Positions 13,534-27,223 of a stretch of 64,000 nucleotides of DNA are shown here, one piece after another. Under the pieces are notes generated by a model. It ran no database searches, was not told the origin of the DNA, and worked only from the letters and a program-made list of their open reading frames with translations. Each line of letters starts with the position of its first letter. The stretch's first letter is position 1. The stretch covers positions 42,720,001 through 42,784,000 of the forward strand of contig NC_087251.1 in assembly GCF_037042905.1 (NCBI RefSeq), in the 5' to 3' direction. Position numbers and translations under genes: made by a program. The DNA is from Lytechinus pictus (Eukaryota).

Positions 13534-13567
<34 letters not shown>

Positions 13568-13925
13568 AATGATGATGATATTGATGATGATAATGATGAT
13601 GATGATGGTGGTGGTGATGGTGATGATAGTGATGATGATGATGATAATGATGGTGATGATGATGATGATAATGGTGATGGTGATGGTAGTGGTGGTGGTA
13701 GTGGTGGTGGTAGTGGTGGTGATGGTGGTGTTTGTGTTGGTGGTGATGATGATGATGATGATGATGATATTAATGACGACAGTGGTGGTGGTGGTGGTGG
13801 TGGCGATGGTGGTGTTGTGATGATGATGATTATCGATGATGAAGATGATGATAATGGTGATGATAATGGTGATGACAGTGGTGGTGGTGGTGGTGGTGGT
13901 GATGATAGTGATGATGATGATGATA

Positions 13926-13960
<35 letters not shown>

Positions 13961-14370
13961 AACGGTGATGGTGATGGTAGTGGTGGTGGTAGTGGTGGTG
14001 ATGGTGGTGATTGTGTTGGTGATGATGATGATGATGATGATAATAATGACGACAGTGGTGGTGGTGATGGTGGCGATGGTGGTGTTGTGATGATGATGAT
14101 TATCGATGATGATGATGATGATGATGATAATGATGATGACAGTGATTGTGGAGGTGATGGTGGTGGGGATGGTGTTAGTGATGATGATGATGTGGTGGTG
14201 GTTGTGATGGTGATGATGATGATAATGGTGGTGGTGGTGGTGATGATGGAGGTGATGGCGGTGGTGGTGATGATGATGATGATGATGAAGATGACGATGA
14301 TGATGTTGGTGGTGGTGATGGTGGAGGTGGATTGGGAGGATGCAGTGATGATAATGATGGTTATAAAGTG
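13058..14370. repeat. Compound (GAT)n/(GGT)n microsatellite, ~1.3 kb
   Basis: Trinucleotide runs with re-duplicated interruptions such as GACAGTGGTG and GGCGATGGTGGTGTTGTG. Confidence 0.95.
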
Positions 14371-14903
14371 AAAATAATGAAGATGATTAATATCGTTACT
14401 ATTTTATATCAATAATCATAACAAGAGGACATTTTATTTCATGATAGAATAGCAAGAACTTGTTTATGTGCTTTGCAATTATGTAACAATTTACAATTGT
14501 ATATTTTATGATAGTACTGAAAATCAGGCTACATATATTAAAGAGACACAAAACATTAAAAAACAATTTAATGCTTAGCGTAGCAAATTGGAAAGTTTTC
14601 AAATAAATGTTTGATTTTTAGTCATTTCAATTCAAGAATGCTACATGGGTGTGTACATATATGTATAAATAATTTTGATTACGTTGTTTTACGTTGATAA
14701 AACTTTATGAGTGGTTATTTCATTCATTATCCGATCATAACGAATTCATAAAAGAAATGAAAGCACCACAGATTATTACAATTAGACAATTATAGGCCTA
14801 TAAAGAACCACCACTCAGGATGGTTAGAATACTATCGTATTCTCTGCTTCCAGGAAATTCACTGAACTAAATTAGTTTCATATCATAATCTTAATGAAGA
14901 CGG

Positions 14904-15100
14904 AGGCGTGATACAGCACAGTCGACATAGAGCGGGGGTTTCGGATTCCGGTGACCCGGGTTCGATTCCCACTTCGCGCGCTCGTGCCCCTTGGTAAGAC
15001 ATTTATCCTCACTATCCCAGGCCCCTCGGAGAGGATATTAAGCCTTCGGTCCTCTGGTTGTTTGCTTACAAGTATTCATGCTTCCATAGTAATCAGGTAA
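14904..15100 (+). mobile_element. tRNA-derived SINE
   Basis: B-box GGGTTCGATTCC followed by SINE core GTGCCCCTTGGTAAGACATTTATCCT; no complete cloverleaf. Confidence 0.65.
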
Positions 15101-15260
15101 AAAAAATACCGCTATGTTCTACCATTAAGAAGTATGATCATTCGATACCATAGAGAAAAATATTTTTAAAACTGACACCGAAACCTGACAAAAAGTTTAG
15201 CTTCAGGTCCACATATTTATTCGATGCACAAACAACCTCCTATTATGTCTTTTATACATG

Positions 15261-16048
15261 CAGTGGCGGCACCAGGATTTTTAAACTAGGGGGAGGGGCA
15301 ATAGAATATTATGGGGGCAAATACAGACACGATTTTTTTTTCCTGTTTCACAAAATTGAGCTCGAAGCGCCAGCTATAATTTTGATATAGGCCCTACTGA
15401 GACTCGTGAAGATGATATCATATAAAATGAATAATGCGAGTGCGAAGCGCGAGATGAAAATTTTTAATATCCTGAGGTGATAACTGGACGTTATTTAAGC
15501 ACTTTTTAACCATTAACAGGGTGGGTATATCTAATTAAACAAATGATGCGAGAGCTTAGCACGAGCTGAAAATTATTGATATTCAGCGTTTTTTTTTTTA
15601 TTATGAGCATGCAGGATGCGTATCTCTCTAAAACAAATAATAAAAACTCGAATCACGACAAGAGTCATTTGTGCATATTGAAAGCTGGATTTTAAGCCCC
15701 ATTTATCCTATTGAACATTTATCTCATTCAACAGCGACTGCGAACGCAAAGCGCGAGATAAATTTTGAATTCTATATTATGACATGAAAGATTTGTGTTA
15801 GTGACTACATGTAATATTGTTGGGACCTATAACAGTGGCTGGATGTTTTGAGAAAATCTTTAAAATCAATTTGAAGAGTGAAAAATGTTGTCTAGGAGCA
15901 CTTAACAGCTTTAGTAATGATGTTCAAGATACCATTTACTAGATATTTTTTCAGTTTTCAAAATTTCGGGGGGGGGGGGGTGTGGGCGGCAACAATTCTG
16001 ACTAGGGGAGCAAATGCCCCCGCCCCCCCCCCCTTGGTGCCGCCACTG
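15261..16048. mobile_element. hAT-like MITE with internal GCGAAGCGCGAG repeats
   Basis: TIR CAGTGGCGGCACCAGG / CTTGGTGCCGCCACTG; ~120-bp internal units; TSD not preserved. Confidence 0.7.
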
Positions 16049-17072
16049 CTTTTATATCTTAAATCATATCGATAATATCTTTCGAGATCTATTAATAGAT
16101 ATAGATGACATTTTCCTTACACCAATCGATACTCACATCGATACCAAACAGATCGATAATTTAATTGTTGTTAAATTGAAACACACTTTTGGCTCAATTT
16201 CATTTTTACGACTGCGTTTGCCTTTAGTATTAATGACATCTGATAATGCTTTTTAAAACAAGCATCCATTTAATGTTCCTAATTAGTGTCGACTTTAATC
16301 GTTAAGAGCCCAAAGGGAAAATGAAGGGAGAAGAGAAATGAAGTGAGGAGAAAATGAAATCATGTGAATGAGAAGAGGAGCGTGCAGTGGTTTTGTATGA
16401 ATGTTACAGAACAGGGGCGGATCTATTTTTCCCCCAAGGAAGGCTTCACTACAAAATGAAGTTCATTTTGGTACCGAGAAATCTGACAAGCAAAAAAAAA
16501 AGAATTAAAAAAAAGGTTCTGCGATGATAATGATTGGACAAACGGGTGAATGTTCGAAACAAACACAATGTTAACGAGGATGTAACTGGAAAAAAATGAA
16601 ATGCCATGATTAAGCAAATTCAAATAGGATGGTTATCACGGTTATGGAAAAGAAAGAAAAGAAAAGTGTTTTTGTTATTCCAGTTTATAGTTGAAACCAC
16701 AAAATGCAAGAAATAATTACTCACATATACACAAATTTGTTTTTGTTTCCCATGTTATAAGTATACGCCTATACTAACAGGCCTATTGACATTTAGACAT
16801 TAAACTTAGTAAAAATAAAGTAAAACTGAGAGTGATCTGATTAAAACATGTATAGCATCCTGTATCAGGGTTTAAATGATTATAAGCTCTGTGTCAGTAC
16901 TATTCTAGAAAAGGACAAAAAACGAGAGCCACACCCAAATTTTCTGACCGGCCGGTGTCAAAGAAAAAGCGGAAGGGTGGATTTATCGTAATTCGGCCTG
17001 CAAAGTGTTTATAACTTTTATTGTCTTTGTTGGTTAAATCTTCTTACAGAGAGAATAGTATTGAGGTCATTA

Positions 17073-17296
17073 CACTCTAAAAACACTGAGTAAAATTTTA
17101 CCCAGTATTAGGTAGAAAAGAACGTGCATGTTTGTTGGGTATTTTTTTTTACCCCGCATTGGGCAAAATGCATGTTTAAAAAGGTAAATTTCAACGCAAC
17201 ATTGCGTAAAATTTACAAAATATTTGGTATTTTTTTACCCATCCAACATGCATGTTCCCACTGTACCCAATATTGGGTGAACCCTTTTTTAGAGTG
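17073..17296. mobile_element. CACTA/EnSpm-like MITE
   Basis: TA|CACTCTAAAAA ... TTTTTAGAGTG|TA. Confidence 0.65.
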
Positions 17297-17569
17297 TATG
17301 TTTGGCGAAGTCATTTTGATTCTACAAAATTATGTAATCACCAAGTTTGATTTTGTAATATTAAATGTTTGGAAAAGAATGAAATTATGTTATTTGATAT
17401 TAAAACGTTATTCTTTGCATATATATTTTTGGGATGATTATTAAATAGCTCTTCGTCCTTCCTAAAAATACCTTCCGTTAACTCCTCCTCTCCTCTGTTT
17501 ACTCATCCCTGTCCATGTATCACCCCTTCCCTCCTCCATTCTACACATCCATATCTCGAATATGTTTAA

Positions 17570-18510
17570 AGGTCAAGTTCACCCAAGAAAATTATTGATT
17601 TGAAACGATAGAGGAAATTTTGATTCGATTTGATTTATTTCCACATTCCAATAACAAAACTATATACAACTGTAATCATTTTTCCCAGTATAACATAGCA
17701 ATAAGCAAATTACATAATTGATATTAAATGCATACATACATTCTAACAATCTAATTGAAATATATTTACACCTGATAAATTTATTTTTTTTAATTATTAA
17801 AACAAATAGCAGAAAAAAAATATATATACATACATATATCGACATAATACATTTTGAAATGTGGGAGACCTCCATCTTAAGCTTAGAGCTTGAAAGTGAT
17901 AAAGGCCTCGAAAGGAAAGAGGAAGGAAAACCAGACAAACAGTGCAAAATCGAACAAGCATGACGCTGAAAATTTCATTAAAATTGGATGGAAAATAATA
18001 AAGTTATGACATTTTAAAATTTTGCTTATTTTTCACAAAACATTTGTATGCACAACTCATTGATATGCAAATGATAATAGAGTCAAGGATGTCCCTAACT
18101 CACTATTTCTTTTGTTTTTTTTATTATTTGAATAATACAATATTTCAATTTTTACAGATTTGACAATAAGCCAGGACCAACTTAACTCAATCATAAACTG
18201 TTAAATGATGGTAATTCCACATGGTCAGGGAGGAATAAAAATTTGTTTCACATGACAATAAGGAGAAAATCAGAATTTTCATATTTCCATATAATAAAGT
18301 ACAAAAGAAATAGTGAGTGGGTGACGTCATCAGTCTGCTCATTTGCATACCGACCAGGATGTGCATATAACTGTTTGTAAAATTAAGCGAAACTTTAATA
18401 TGTCATAACTTTCTTATTTTACATCCGAGTTTGATGAAATTTTCAGTGTTATGAATTTTTATTTTTTTCCCTTTTATTTAAAAAACCTTTTGATGGGGTG
18501 GACTTGCCCT
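17570..18510. mobile_element. Kolobok-like MITE interrupted by a ~320-bp insertion (17620-17945)
   Basis: TTAA|AGGTCAAGTTCACCC ... GGGGTGGACTTGCCCT; body similar to 3335-3922. Confidence 0.7.
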
Positions 18511-18653
18511 TGATTTAAAAGTCACACTACCCATCATCATAGATCATCCGTTGTTTACGTTTTCATTCTGAGACGTTTTCACGTTTTCATTTCAGGGACA
18601 GGTCAATCTACTGACGATGTAAATCACAGAATTGAGATGAGAACGGGTATATA

Positions 18654-18872
18654 CACTGACTCTCAAAACAAATCAATCAAAATGACTACTTAATCGGGTC
18701 AGCGGGTGCAATTAACTGTTATTCCAGTCATATTTGACTATTTTCTAGTCGTATTTTATCGAGAACAGAGTTATATCCTGACTAGAATATACCTCAGAAA
18801 TGTGACTAGACATATCAGTTGCACCCAGCTGACTACTGAATTAGTCAATTTGACTGATTTGTTTTAAGAGTG
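18654..18872. mobile_element. CACTA/EnSpm-like MITE
   Basis: TA|CACT...AAAACAAATCAATCAAAATGACT mirrored by AGTCAATTTGACTGATTTGTTTTAAGAGTG|TA. Confidence 0.6.
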
Positions 18873-19723
18873 TACGCGCATTTACCTAAACCAGCCCTCC
18901 ACCCTCTCGTCATAAATCCGTCATCAGTAATAACTCACGCTATCAAATAACATAATATTGATCATTAATTATTAGGGCCTATTGTTTTGATAAAGAGTAT
19001 AGAATAAATCTTATTCGTTTGTATTCTAATCCAGATTTTTTTCTTCCAGATCTTTCCAAATTTGAGAATGAGATGAGGGGCTTTCGTGAGGGGGCTTCTC
19101 TCATGTTTACCGGAAACTTTATAGGGAAAACACTTTTCACTGTCACTTCACTGTGTACTGATAGTTATTATAATAATAACACTCAGACTGATTCCGAACT
19201 AATTACTACCCAATAAGATGACGTATATTGACGATAAAAGATTGAAATATGTTTCACTTTATCAAAGGCATGTGTGTATTTGAACATGCGCTTTCAATTC
19301 GTTCCGTTTGCGGCGGTTGTTTTGAGAGGGCTCGGTGAACGAGCAAGGCACGTTGCGTAACTGATCGCTGTGCTGTGGGAAAAACCACTTCAAACGTGCA
19401 ATGCAAAGGTGGACTTGCAGCTTGCTTGAGAACCATGAGAAAACTTCTTATCATACATTTCTATTTAGGTGCTTGGGGGACAATCATGGATGCTCATCAA
19501 ATTGTATATATAGGCCCTAACATTGGCACGATGGATTCAATTGAAAATCGTTCCTTATTGAGAGTTGGATTATTTTTCCACATTTCATCGTTTATGTCAG
19601 GCAAATGCATTTTTATATTTCTACATCGAAGGAAAACGCTTATTATCCGAATAGAATTATTTCATTTAGTAACAGTTTGTGAGAAATATTTGCTGCTAAA
19701 ACAACAAGTCTTCAACGAATTTA

Positions 19724-19787
19724 ATGAAGATGGCATCTACACAGCAAAATTACTGCTATGTCGTGTTCGCGATCACAATTATCATGG
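19724..19787 (+). CDS. Galaxin-like di-cysteine repeat protein, exon 1 (signal peptide)
   Basis: MKMASTQQNYCYVVFAITIIM, hydrophobic stretch; donor G|GTGAGT, phase 1, joins exon 2 in frame. Confidence 0.7.
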
Positions 19788-21165
19788 GTGAGTTATTGAA
19801 CGAAGTCTCTTTTTTGCCTCTGTAATTTTTATCTATTTATTTATTTTGCTTTTCAATACAATTTATTTCATGGAATGGAACTTGGGATAAACCCCACAAA
19901 CTTTTCGCAAAAGTGAAAAAGGGGTTATATGGTAATATTTCTATTTATTAGAAATTAATCATGAATTAACAAAGTATTTACCATTTTCGCTCGCTTCGAT
20001 TTCTCTTTGATTTTCTAAAAAGACTAATTACAAGCATACTTTACGGAAAAATACTTCAAGAAAATGACGTAATCGATTTAAATGTATCAGTTCATTATTC
20101 ATTACTCCCCCAACCCCCCCCCCCCCTTTATGATTGTCAGAGTCCGCCTGCAATGCATCGTCTGCATATCAAAAAGCCATCACTTGAATATTTTAAAAAT
20201 ATTACTCTATTTTATTTCAGTATTCATTAAGTGAAACAAATTGTGTTGACATATTTTCTCCTAAGTTTAACTTTTGTATATTGGGAGTTGTTATATAATA
20301 GTTAAAAGAAAGTAATAATGTCCAAACCACCCGAATTCATCTTTATCACATAAAAGGTCGTCTCGATGTTTAGTTTTGTAAAATTCATTTTTTTTTTTAG
20401 TAAGCAATTTTTTTTTTTTTTTGGGGGGGGGGTGGGTGAAATATTTGTGTGACAAGCGAGATTTTAGTCCTTTGTTGGTCTATGCCATTCGTAAGTATTA
20501 TTGTCCAATATGAATCACTAAGCAGTTAATACTAGACTGGCATTACAAGAATAGCATAGAGAAGACTAACCCAGGGAGCTTTGCGGGCCGGAGCTCCCTG
20601 GGTTAAGAGAAGACAAGACGTTAGCACTTAATTAGTAATGAATTTTCCATTCTCATTCTAAAATCGGAAGGACCTTGGGGTGATCACTTTTTTAAAAGAA
20701 TCACATTTAAATCGTGGTGGAAAGGTAGATTCAGCCTTTTAAATATTGCAACTTTACCATCTGCAGATGGAAAATCCATAGCAAATCTACGCCTTTGTTA
20801 TCATCATCATTTTTATTTTCAATATTTTTATCTGCCATTTTCGAAATGTTTTAAGGCATTAATATATGGTATTAATGAAAAATATATATTGATAAACCGC
20901 TCTGAAAAAGAAATCGTTTCTCATCGCGACCTCATACTTTTTACATTGAATATGTTAATGTAATTGTTAACACTGAAGTCGTGACAGATTTCTGCATAGC
21001 ATACAAATATTGGTAACTCTGTTGATTACTGACCAATAGATCTCGTTCGTGCATTTCGTAATGACATGTATTTATTGGCACTTGTTAATCAACAATTGTA
21101 CGCATTCTACTATACTGTGATGCTATATATAGCATTGGAGGTGAGGTGAACTCCCGTCAACAATG

Positions 21166-21317
21166 TTCTGGGAATACCAGAGAATTGTGAATGGACCTAC
21201 TACTACTCTGAGATCGCCGGGTTGTTCTTGCGGCGATTTAACATAACACGTGTGTGTATTGATATGATCGAACGGAGACTCAGTGTGTGGGGGAATCCCC
21301 GAGTCCGGGAATTCCCC
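21166..21317. promoter_or_regulatory. Intron-1 element with STAT site and tandem NF-kB sites
   Basis: TTCTGGGAA 21166, CACGTG 21247, GGGAATCCCC 21291, GGGAATTCCC 21307. Confidence 0.45.
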
Positions 21318-21744
21318 AATCACGACCTCCAAGGCTCCAACCTTTACGGTGCTAGTTTTCAAAGCTAGAAACATTTTAGTAACAGTGACGACTTCAAAGT
21401 CTCTTAGAATGATACTCAAGTGGCATGATTAAATCTATGGACACACATCTATCTAGCTTTAAATGAATCGGCTAAATTCTCGATAGAATTTGGATGAAAA
21501 ATAAGATGTAATGTTTTTTAATTGAATCATGTTTCAGAGTAAAATTAGTAGAGTCTATTCTTAAAGACTATCGCTCGGCAGCCTCCATATCCAGGCACTT
21601 CTCATACACGAGTTGTGCGAACAAAGAATTAGCTACTGTGATCGCCGCCCGCCGTGTCAGTGGTCAACCTTAACTTGGATCATGTTTGGAAATAGTGATA
21701 GTATAATGAATTCAATTGAAATGGCATTTTAACTTTTCGTTCAG

Positions 21745-21885
21745 CCTCAGGTTTAAACGGAGGAGCAGCAATGCACCAGTGCGGTGATGAACAATACGAT
21801 CCACGAACAGCAATATGCTGCGGTGGCCAAGTCGAGCGGCCGCAGTCAACCTCCTCTTCAATCCGAGCGTGCTGCGGAGGAACAG
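21745..21885 (+). CDS. Galaxin-like protein exon 2
   Basis: ASGLNGGAAMHQCGDEQYDPRTAICCGG...RACCGGT; acceptor TTCAG (alternative in-frame AG 6 nt downstream); donor GTAAGT. Confidence 0.85.
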
Positions 21886-22540
21886 GTAAGTCTACTGGGG
21901 TGGTGGTGTTGGTGGTGGTGGTGGGTAAAATTGTTTCCACTTTAAAACTTTGGGGATTTGTTTTTAATGTCTATTATCATTGATGATTTTGTAGGGAAAG
22001 TTTTCCATAGATTGCCATATGAGCTCACTTTTGTCTGTTTATCAATTTATGGGGGGAAAAAGACACCAGTACGTGCCAGTGGTAATGTGTATGTGTACCC
22101 CCCCCTTCCATCGCACAGATTGTTAGTTTGTGATAACGGCAGTTTCATTCCAGGATGTTTTCCTCTTAATTTGTGTATACCCCTATGTTAATTCAACAGT
22201 ACATGATGCTTAAATCAAAAGATGGTACTTGTGGATATTTCATTAAATATAGTCTGATAGATAATTGATAATGGGTTAAATTTCCAAATGATTTTTACTC
22301 ATAAATAACAATTATTCTCATGTATAGATTTTTTTCCTCGACCCCCCCCCAATCTGTCAAGCGCCTTGAGCTTCTTTAAGATAGAAAGTGTGCTGTATAA
22401 ATCTTATACATCACACTTTCTACAGTTAAAAATGAAAAGAATTGAATCGTCCTTGGGCAATATAGCTATACTGTCTAGTGTATACTTTCTCAATATCATT
22501 TGTGAATTACCCACTATTTCTCTTCATTTTATGGGTACAG

Positions 22541-22693
22541 AGACTGGAACGTTTTACTTCATTGGGCAACAGGTTTGCTGTGGCGGCAGTCTCAAAGCTA
22601 TTACAGCAGATCTTAAGTGTTGCAGTGATCATCGGTTCTATAACGAAAGCACCCATACTTGCTGTGGAGCTGAAATTATCGCCAAATCCGAAG
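22541..22693 (+). CDS. Galaxin-like protein exon 3
   Basis: ETGTFYFIGQQVCCGG...THTCCGAEIIAKSE; AG/GTAAGT, phase 1-1. Confidence 0.85.
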
Positions 22694-23269
22694 GTAAGTT
22701 ACTGGAGCGATATTCATGGACAAGGTTGAAAGTAAGTTTCATCGAAGATTGAGTTAGTTTGGAAGTCATTTTAATCAAAGATTGACTTAGTTTGGAAGTT
22801 ATTTCAGTCAAAGATTGACTTAGTTTGCAAGTTATTTTAATCAAAGAGTGACTTAGTTTAGATGTTATTTTGATCCGATATTAGCTTGAAGTTAGCATTA
22901 ACATTTCTTTCTAATTCGGGTAGATCTCATTTTTAGATTTGGCTTTAAAAATTTGTTGGATTGCTGGAAGGGATTGTTTTCAACATCTATGATCTCAATC
23001 CAAGAATTAGACTCTCAGTTAGGACCTATTTGACAATTGTTCATATGATATCATGTTGAAATGTTTATGTTATTCACATCACTTTACATGAAATAAAGGA
23101 ATAAATATAATATGTAATATAGACATTTTCAGCCTTTTAAAGTCCTTCAAACATTCATGAAACTCAGTGAGCACATATCATCAAAGTAACTTATCATCAA
23201 TGATTACATTTCATTGATTAGATGAAATAATCTATTAAAGAAAGTTTTGTTCTTGCATTTTTTTATCAG

Positions 23270-23490
23270 GAAAAGTGTGTTGTCCTGGACCCAATAACAG
23301 ATGGCAAGGATTCTCAGGGGACAGGGAAGGAAACCCGGAGTGTTGTGGAACCAGCGGTCCATACTGGCCAGAGACACAGCTCTGCTGTCAGGCCGGAACT
23401 TCTGCAATCAGAGAGCGACTGGGTGGGGAGCACGACGAGTGCTGCGGTCTGAACAGAATGGACGCTTCAACTCACATGTGCTGTGGAAGG
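23270..23490 (+). CDS. Galaxin-like protein exon 4
   Basis: GKVCCPG...STHMCCGR; TTTTATCAG/GTAAGA, phase 1-0. Confidence 0.9.
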
Positions 23491-24153
23491 GTAAGACTGA
23501 GTGAATGCTAAAAAGACTAGCAAAGGGAAAGTGGACTTTGATTTTAGAGTTTCCTATATCTTCAGACAGCACAACTATGTGACCCTTCGATCTTACGTTA
23601 TTTTACAATACTTTTTGATAGTTATACAACAAAACTTGCGTAAGTAGACCTAGCTTCCCAAGTTGATTATTTGCCGAAATCAAAGCAGTTTCTTAGACCA
23701 GATTTTGCAAAGCATGTATACCTCTTGTAAAATCAAATTTCTCTGAAGTCCAACAGATTTCTGTGTACCCAAAATATGACTTCAGCAAATTTACCTGTAT
23801 ATAACCTGTTGACAATCCTGGATTGCACTACTTGCTCTACTTTCAAATATCAAATTGTAGATTTGTTCCTATTCAGTATTCAGCCCTTCATTCACAGTTT
23901 TGATGTTCTTTGGTCAACAGACTCCAAATGTGGCATGAAAGGTTGAGACGTGTAGAACTCATAGGTCTAGATCCCATTGACTAACTTTGGTTAAAGATAT
24001 TCTTCACATTTTACTGCTGCCTGACGAACTTTGGCGAACTAAATATATATTTCAAAAGATTAAACCAAATATTATATATGCCTTTGCATTTTAAACAAAT
24101 ATCTCTGTCTTTAAACATATTCTAATAGTTCTCATGGTCCTTTTGAATCCTAG

Positions 24154-24337
24154 GAGCAAAGACTGAGGGAGCCATTCATGGAATGTTGTGGCCGTGATAC
24201 CTACAACGTGATAACAGAAATTTGCTGTGGAGGTGTTATAGTCCCAAGAGGTCCAAATGGTGGATACGAGTGTTGTGGTCGTCTCTCTTACAATCCACAG
24301 AATGAAGTCTGCTGTTTCGGTCGGGTTCATCCAATCG
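24154..24337 (+). CDS. Galaxin-like protein exon 5
   Basis: EQRLREPFMECCGRDTYN...EVCCFGRVHPI; CCTAG/GTAAGT, phase 0-1. Confidence 0.9.
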
Positions 24338-24776
24338 GTAAGTATTTATCTGTGTTGTTCAGAGCTACTCCAGAATTTGCCCTGCTCACTACAAGATATG
24401 TTGGCCTTTTTACTGATTGTTTGAAAATATAATGTCATCGGAAATGTTAGGGTAAATGATATAATATTTGTATTCAGGATATATTTTTGTCAGATTTAAA
24501 TGTGAATGGCCTAATTTTGTGTTTGTTAATTCATTTATTTATCATTAGTATTATCAGGGGCAGATCCAGGATTTTCCAAATAGGGGGGCACATTTTCCCG
24601 AGGAAAAATTTGACAAGCAAAAAAACAATGGTCTTCACTTTCAAAAGGGGGGGGGGGCACACTGACCCAAACTTCCAAATTGGGGGTTATGAGGGCAACA
24701 TAACTATTTTTTAAAAGGCCTAATATTTCTCATAATTCTCATCTATAATAATTCATTCCTTACTGTTTATGTATAG

Positions 24777-24986
24777 GTAATGGGAAATGCTGCACGGGAG
24801 CAAGACAGTCCGTGAACCCCTATCAGCCAGGCGAGCAGTCTTGTTGTAACTCTCAGATCAGTTCTCTCCCCGAGATTCCTGGCATCAAGGAGTGTTGCAA
24901 TGATGAAGCCTACCTCACTTCATCTAAAATGTGCTGTAATGGAAACCTTTTTGACAGAGAAGAAAACATGGAATGCTGTGGAAGTG
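24777..24986 (+). CDS. Galaxin-like protein exon 6
   Basis: GNGKCCTG...MECCGS; TATAG/GTAAGT, phase 1-1. Confidence 0.9.
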
Positions 24987-25876
24987 GTAAGTCTAAATCA
25001 ATCACAATCTTTGAAAACCTAAATTTATAAACCTAGAATCCCTCCTCACAGAATGTAATATGGTGAATAGACAAAATATGATGATTAACATTAAAAGAAT
25101 GGAAAAGGGACTAATCCCCTATCAACATTGTGTCCTTTTGTATATGTACATGTAATTACAGTTCAGGCAGCAAGTAATTTGAAGAGATAAGGCAGCCATG
25201 TTTATTTGAACAAGACTCGGCTGTATCTGAAGCTAACATCGACATGTATGCATTGAGAGTTTAATGACGATACAAAGTCTGAAGTCTGAAGATCAAGACT
25301 ATGGCAATGCATGCATCAATTACTGCGCTAGATTATACAAAAGTTCAACAGATTCCTTCATAAAGGGTCTTATATTTGACAGTTACCATAATAAAAGATA
25401 GACACTGGTCTGTGCTTCTCGGTCAATCCAAACCAAAGAAAGTTGTCAGAACCTTGCCAGATGAAAAATGTTTCTGAAAAGCTCACCAGCTAGGGCCCAT
25501 TTCAGTTACAACTTAAACATTATGGCAACTACCATGGTAACAGGGCTCAGGAGCCAATCACAATCAAGGGTTCAGGACTTAGAAATTACAATAATATCAA
25601 AGTTACAATAGTTATCAGTCTTTCGGAAAACAGGCCCCTGAACTATGATCATCAATGATTAAATGAAATCCATCTCAAGTTTATCATAGGGCTCAAAGGT
25701 TGCTTGCATTTCAGTCAGATCTGACAACTTCCCAGATGTCAAATGTTTTTTTAATACTCTTTGTAAGTTTGTATCGATGGTATTCAAATCATTAAATGAA
25801 ATCTATCTCAAGTTTCTAGGGCTCAAAGGTCTGTGCTTCAAAGTTTTTGTTTGCCGTCCTCTGTATCATTTACCAG

Positions 25877-26116
25877 ATACCTATAACACCAACACCCATC
25901 TTTGCTGCAACGGAAGCATTCTCCCCAAGCTGTTACCCAATGACCAGTGTTGCGGATCCCAGAGGTTCGATCCCACTTTCCAAACGTGCTGCCTGAACCA
26001 AGTTAAAACGGGAGTTGGAAAATGCTGTCGATTGAGCATGGAGGAGGCCCAGGTATACGATGAACAGACCCAAACCTGCTGCGGGAGCATGGATTGGAAT
26101 ACTGATGATTATTCCG
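25877..26116 (+). CDS. Galaxin-like protein exon 7
   Basis: DTYNTNTHLCCNG...QTCCGSMDWNTDDYS; ACCAG/GTAAGC, phase 1-1. Confidence 0.9.
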
Positions 26117-26550
26117 GTAAGCAGATAGGTTTCGTTATTGCTAAATTAATCTGCATGTTGCTGTTTCTTAGTGTATGGAGGCTATGAGCTAATATTGCAT
26201 ATTAGATTTGTTTACGTCACACATATGAAGCGGGATCCAAACCAACCAGTGGTATACCATTGCAAATAATATAATAGATTTGGTATGACTGGAGTTGTGT
26301 TATGTCAATGTGACTGGGGACTCAATCTTAAACTATGCATTCCAATGTTGTACGTTAAGCCTGGATGATCATTAGCAACTGAACTTTAGTATGATGGTCA
26401 GATACACCCCTTAATCGAATTTTAATTGAATTGATTATAATTCATGTCTAAAACTCTTTATGTTGAAATACAATGCCTTAACTTGAGAGTGGGAGTTTGC
26501 AAAATTCTTGACTTAAATTCCTCTTTTACTTTCAACTCCTGAACGAACAG

Positions 26551-26732
26551 GAAATATTTATGATGTGCCTCCATCACCCACTTCGTGCTGTGGAGCTCAC
26601 CTCCTTGCAGTCAATCAACTCTGTGACAACGATAAGCCAATTGAGAAGGATGATTCTACTCACAATGAAATTTGTTGGTACTACAATAACAATGGTATTC
26701 TCACAAAGGTGACATTCAACAAAGAACAGAAG
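26551..26732 (+). CDS. Galaxin-like protein exon 8
   Basis: GNIYDVPPSPTSCCG...FNKEQK; AACAG/GTAAGA, phase 1-0. Confidence 0.85.
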
Positions 26733-26778
26733 GTAAGACTAGATCGCTTGTGATATTGCTGTTTTTTCTATTTCTACG

Positions 26779-26970
26779 ATAATAATAGTAATAATGATAA
26801 TAATAATAAGAAGAAGAATAACAATTACAATAATAATAAAAACAATAATAATAATAACAACAGCATCATTAATGATAATAATGATAATAATAATCATCAT
26901 CATTATCATCTTCATCACCATCTTCATCATCATCATCTTCATCATTTCATTATCATTGTCATCTTCATCA
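26779..26970. repeat. (AAT)n/(CAT)n microsatellite
   Basis: Degenerate trinucleotide runs in intron 8. Confidence 0.85.
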
Positions 26971-27223
26971 TATCGAAACTTCTGAAATCTATAAGAGTGA
27001 AAAAAAAAAAATTGAACCCGGATAGTGGGCTATAAAAGCTACTCTTAAATTCAGGCACGATACCATGAAGACCCAAATGGATTTATGATCCTTATCGTCA
27101 CAAGACTTTATGTTTCATAAATTGTATATATTACTTTCCACAATGAAATATGGATCATCGATCAAAGGAATTGCTTTAATTATCTTAATTTCTATTTCTA
27201 TTTTTTTAATAAATTAATTATAG

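Noticed and set aside
12978..14371. Poly-M/V, poly-D/G and poly-H ORFs
   Set aside because: Artefacts of the (GAT/GGT)n microsatellite.
14904..14975. tRNA genes here and at 47720-47790
   Set aside because: Only A/B-box-like heads running into SINE cores; no full cloverleaf.
21123..21419. 98-aa minus-strand ORF in galaxin-like intron 1
   Set aside because: TTG start, no recognisable domain or splice support.
24021..24045. Second hammerhead candidate (CTGACGA...GAAC)
   Set aside because: Lacks GAAA and a closing stem I.
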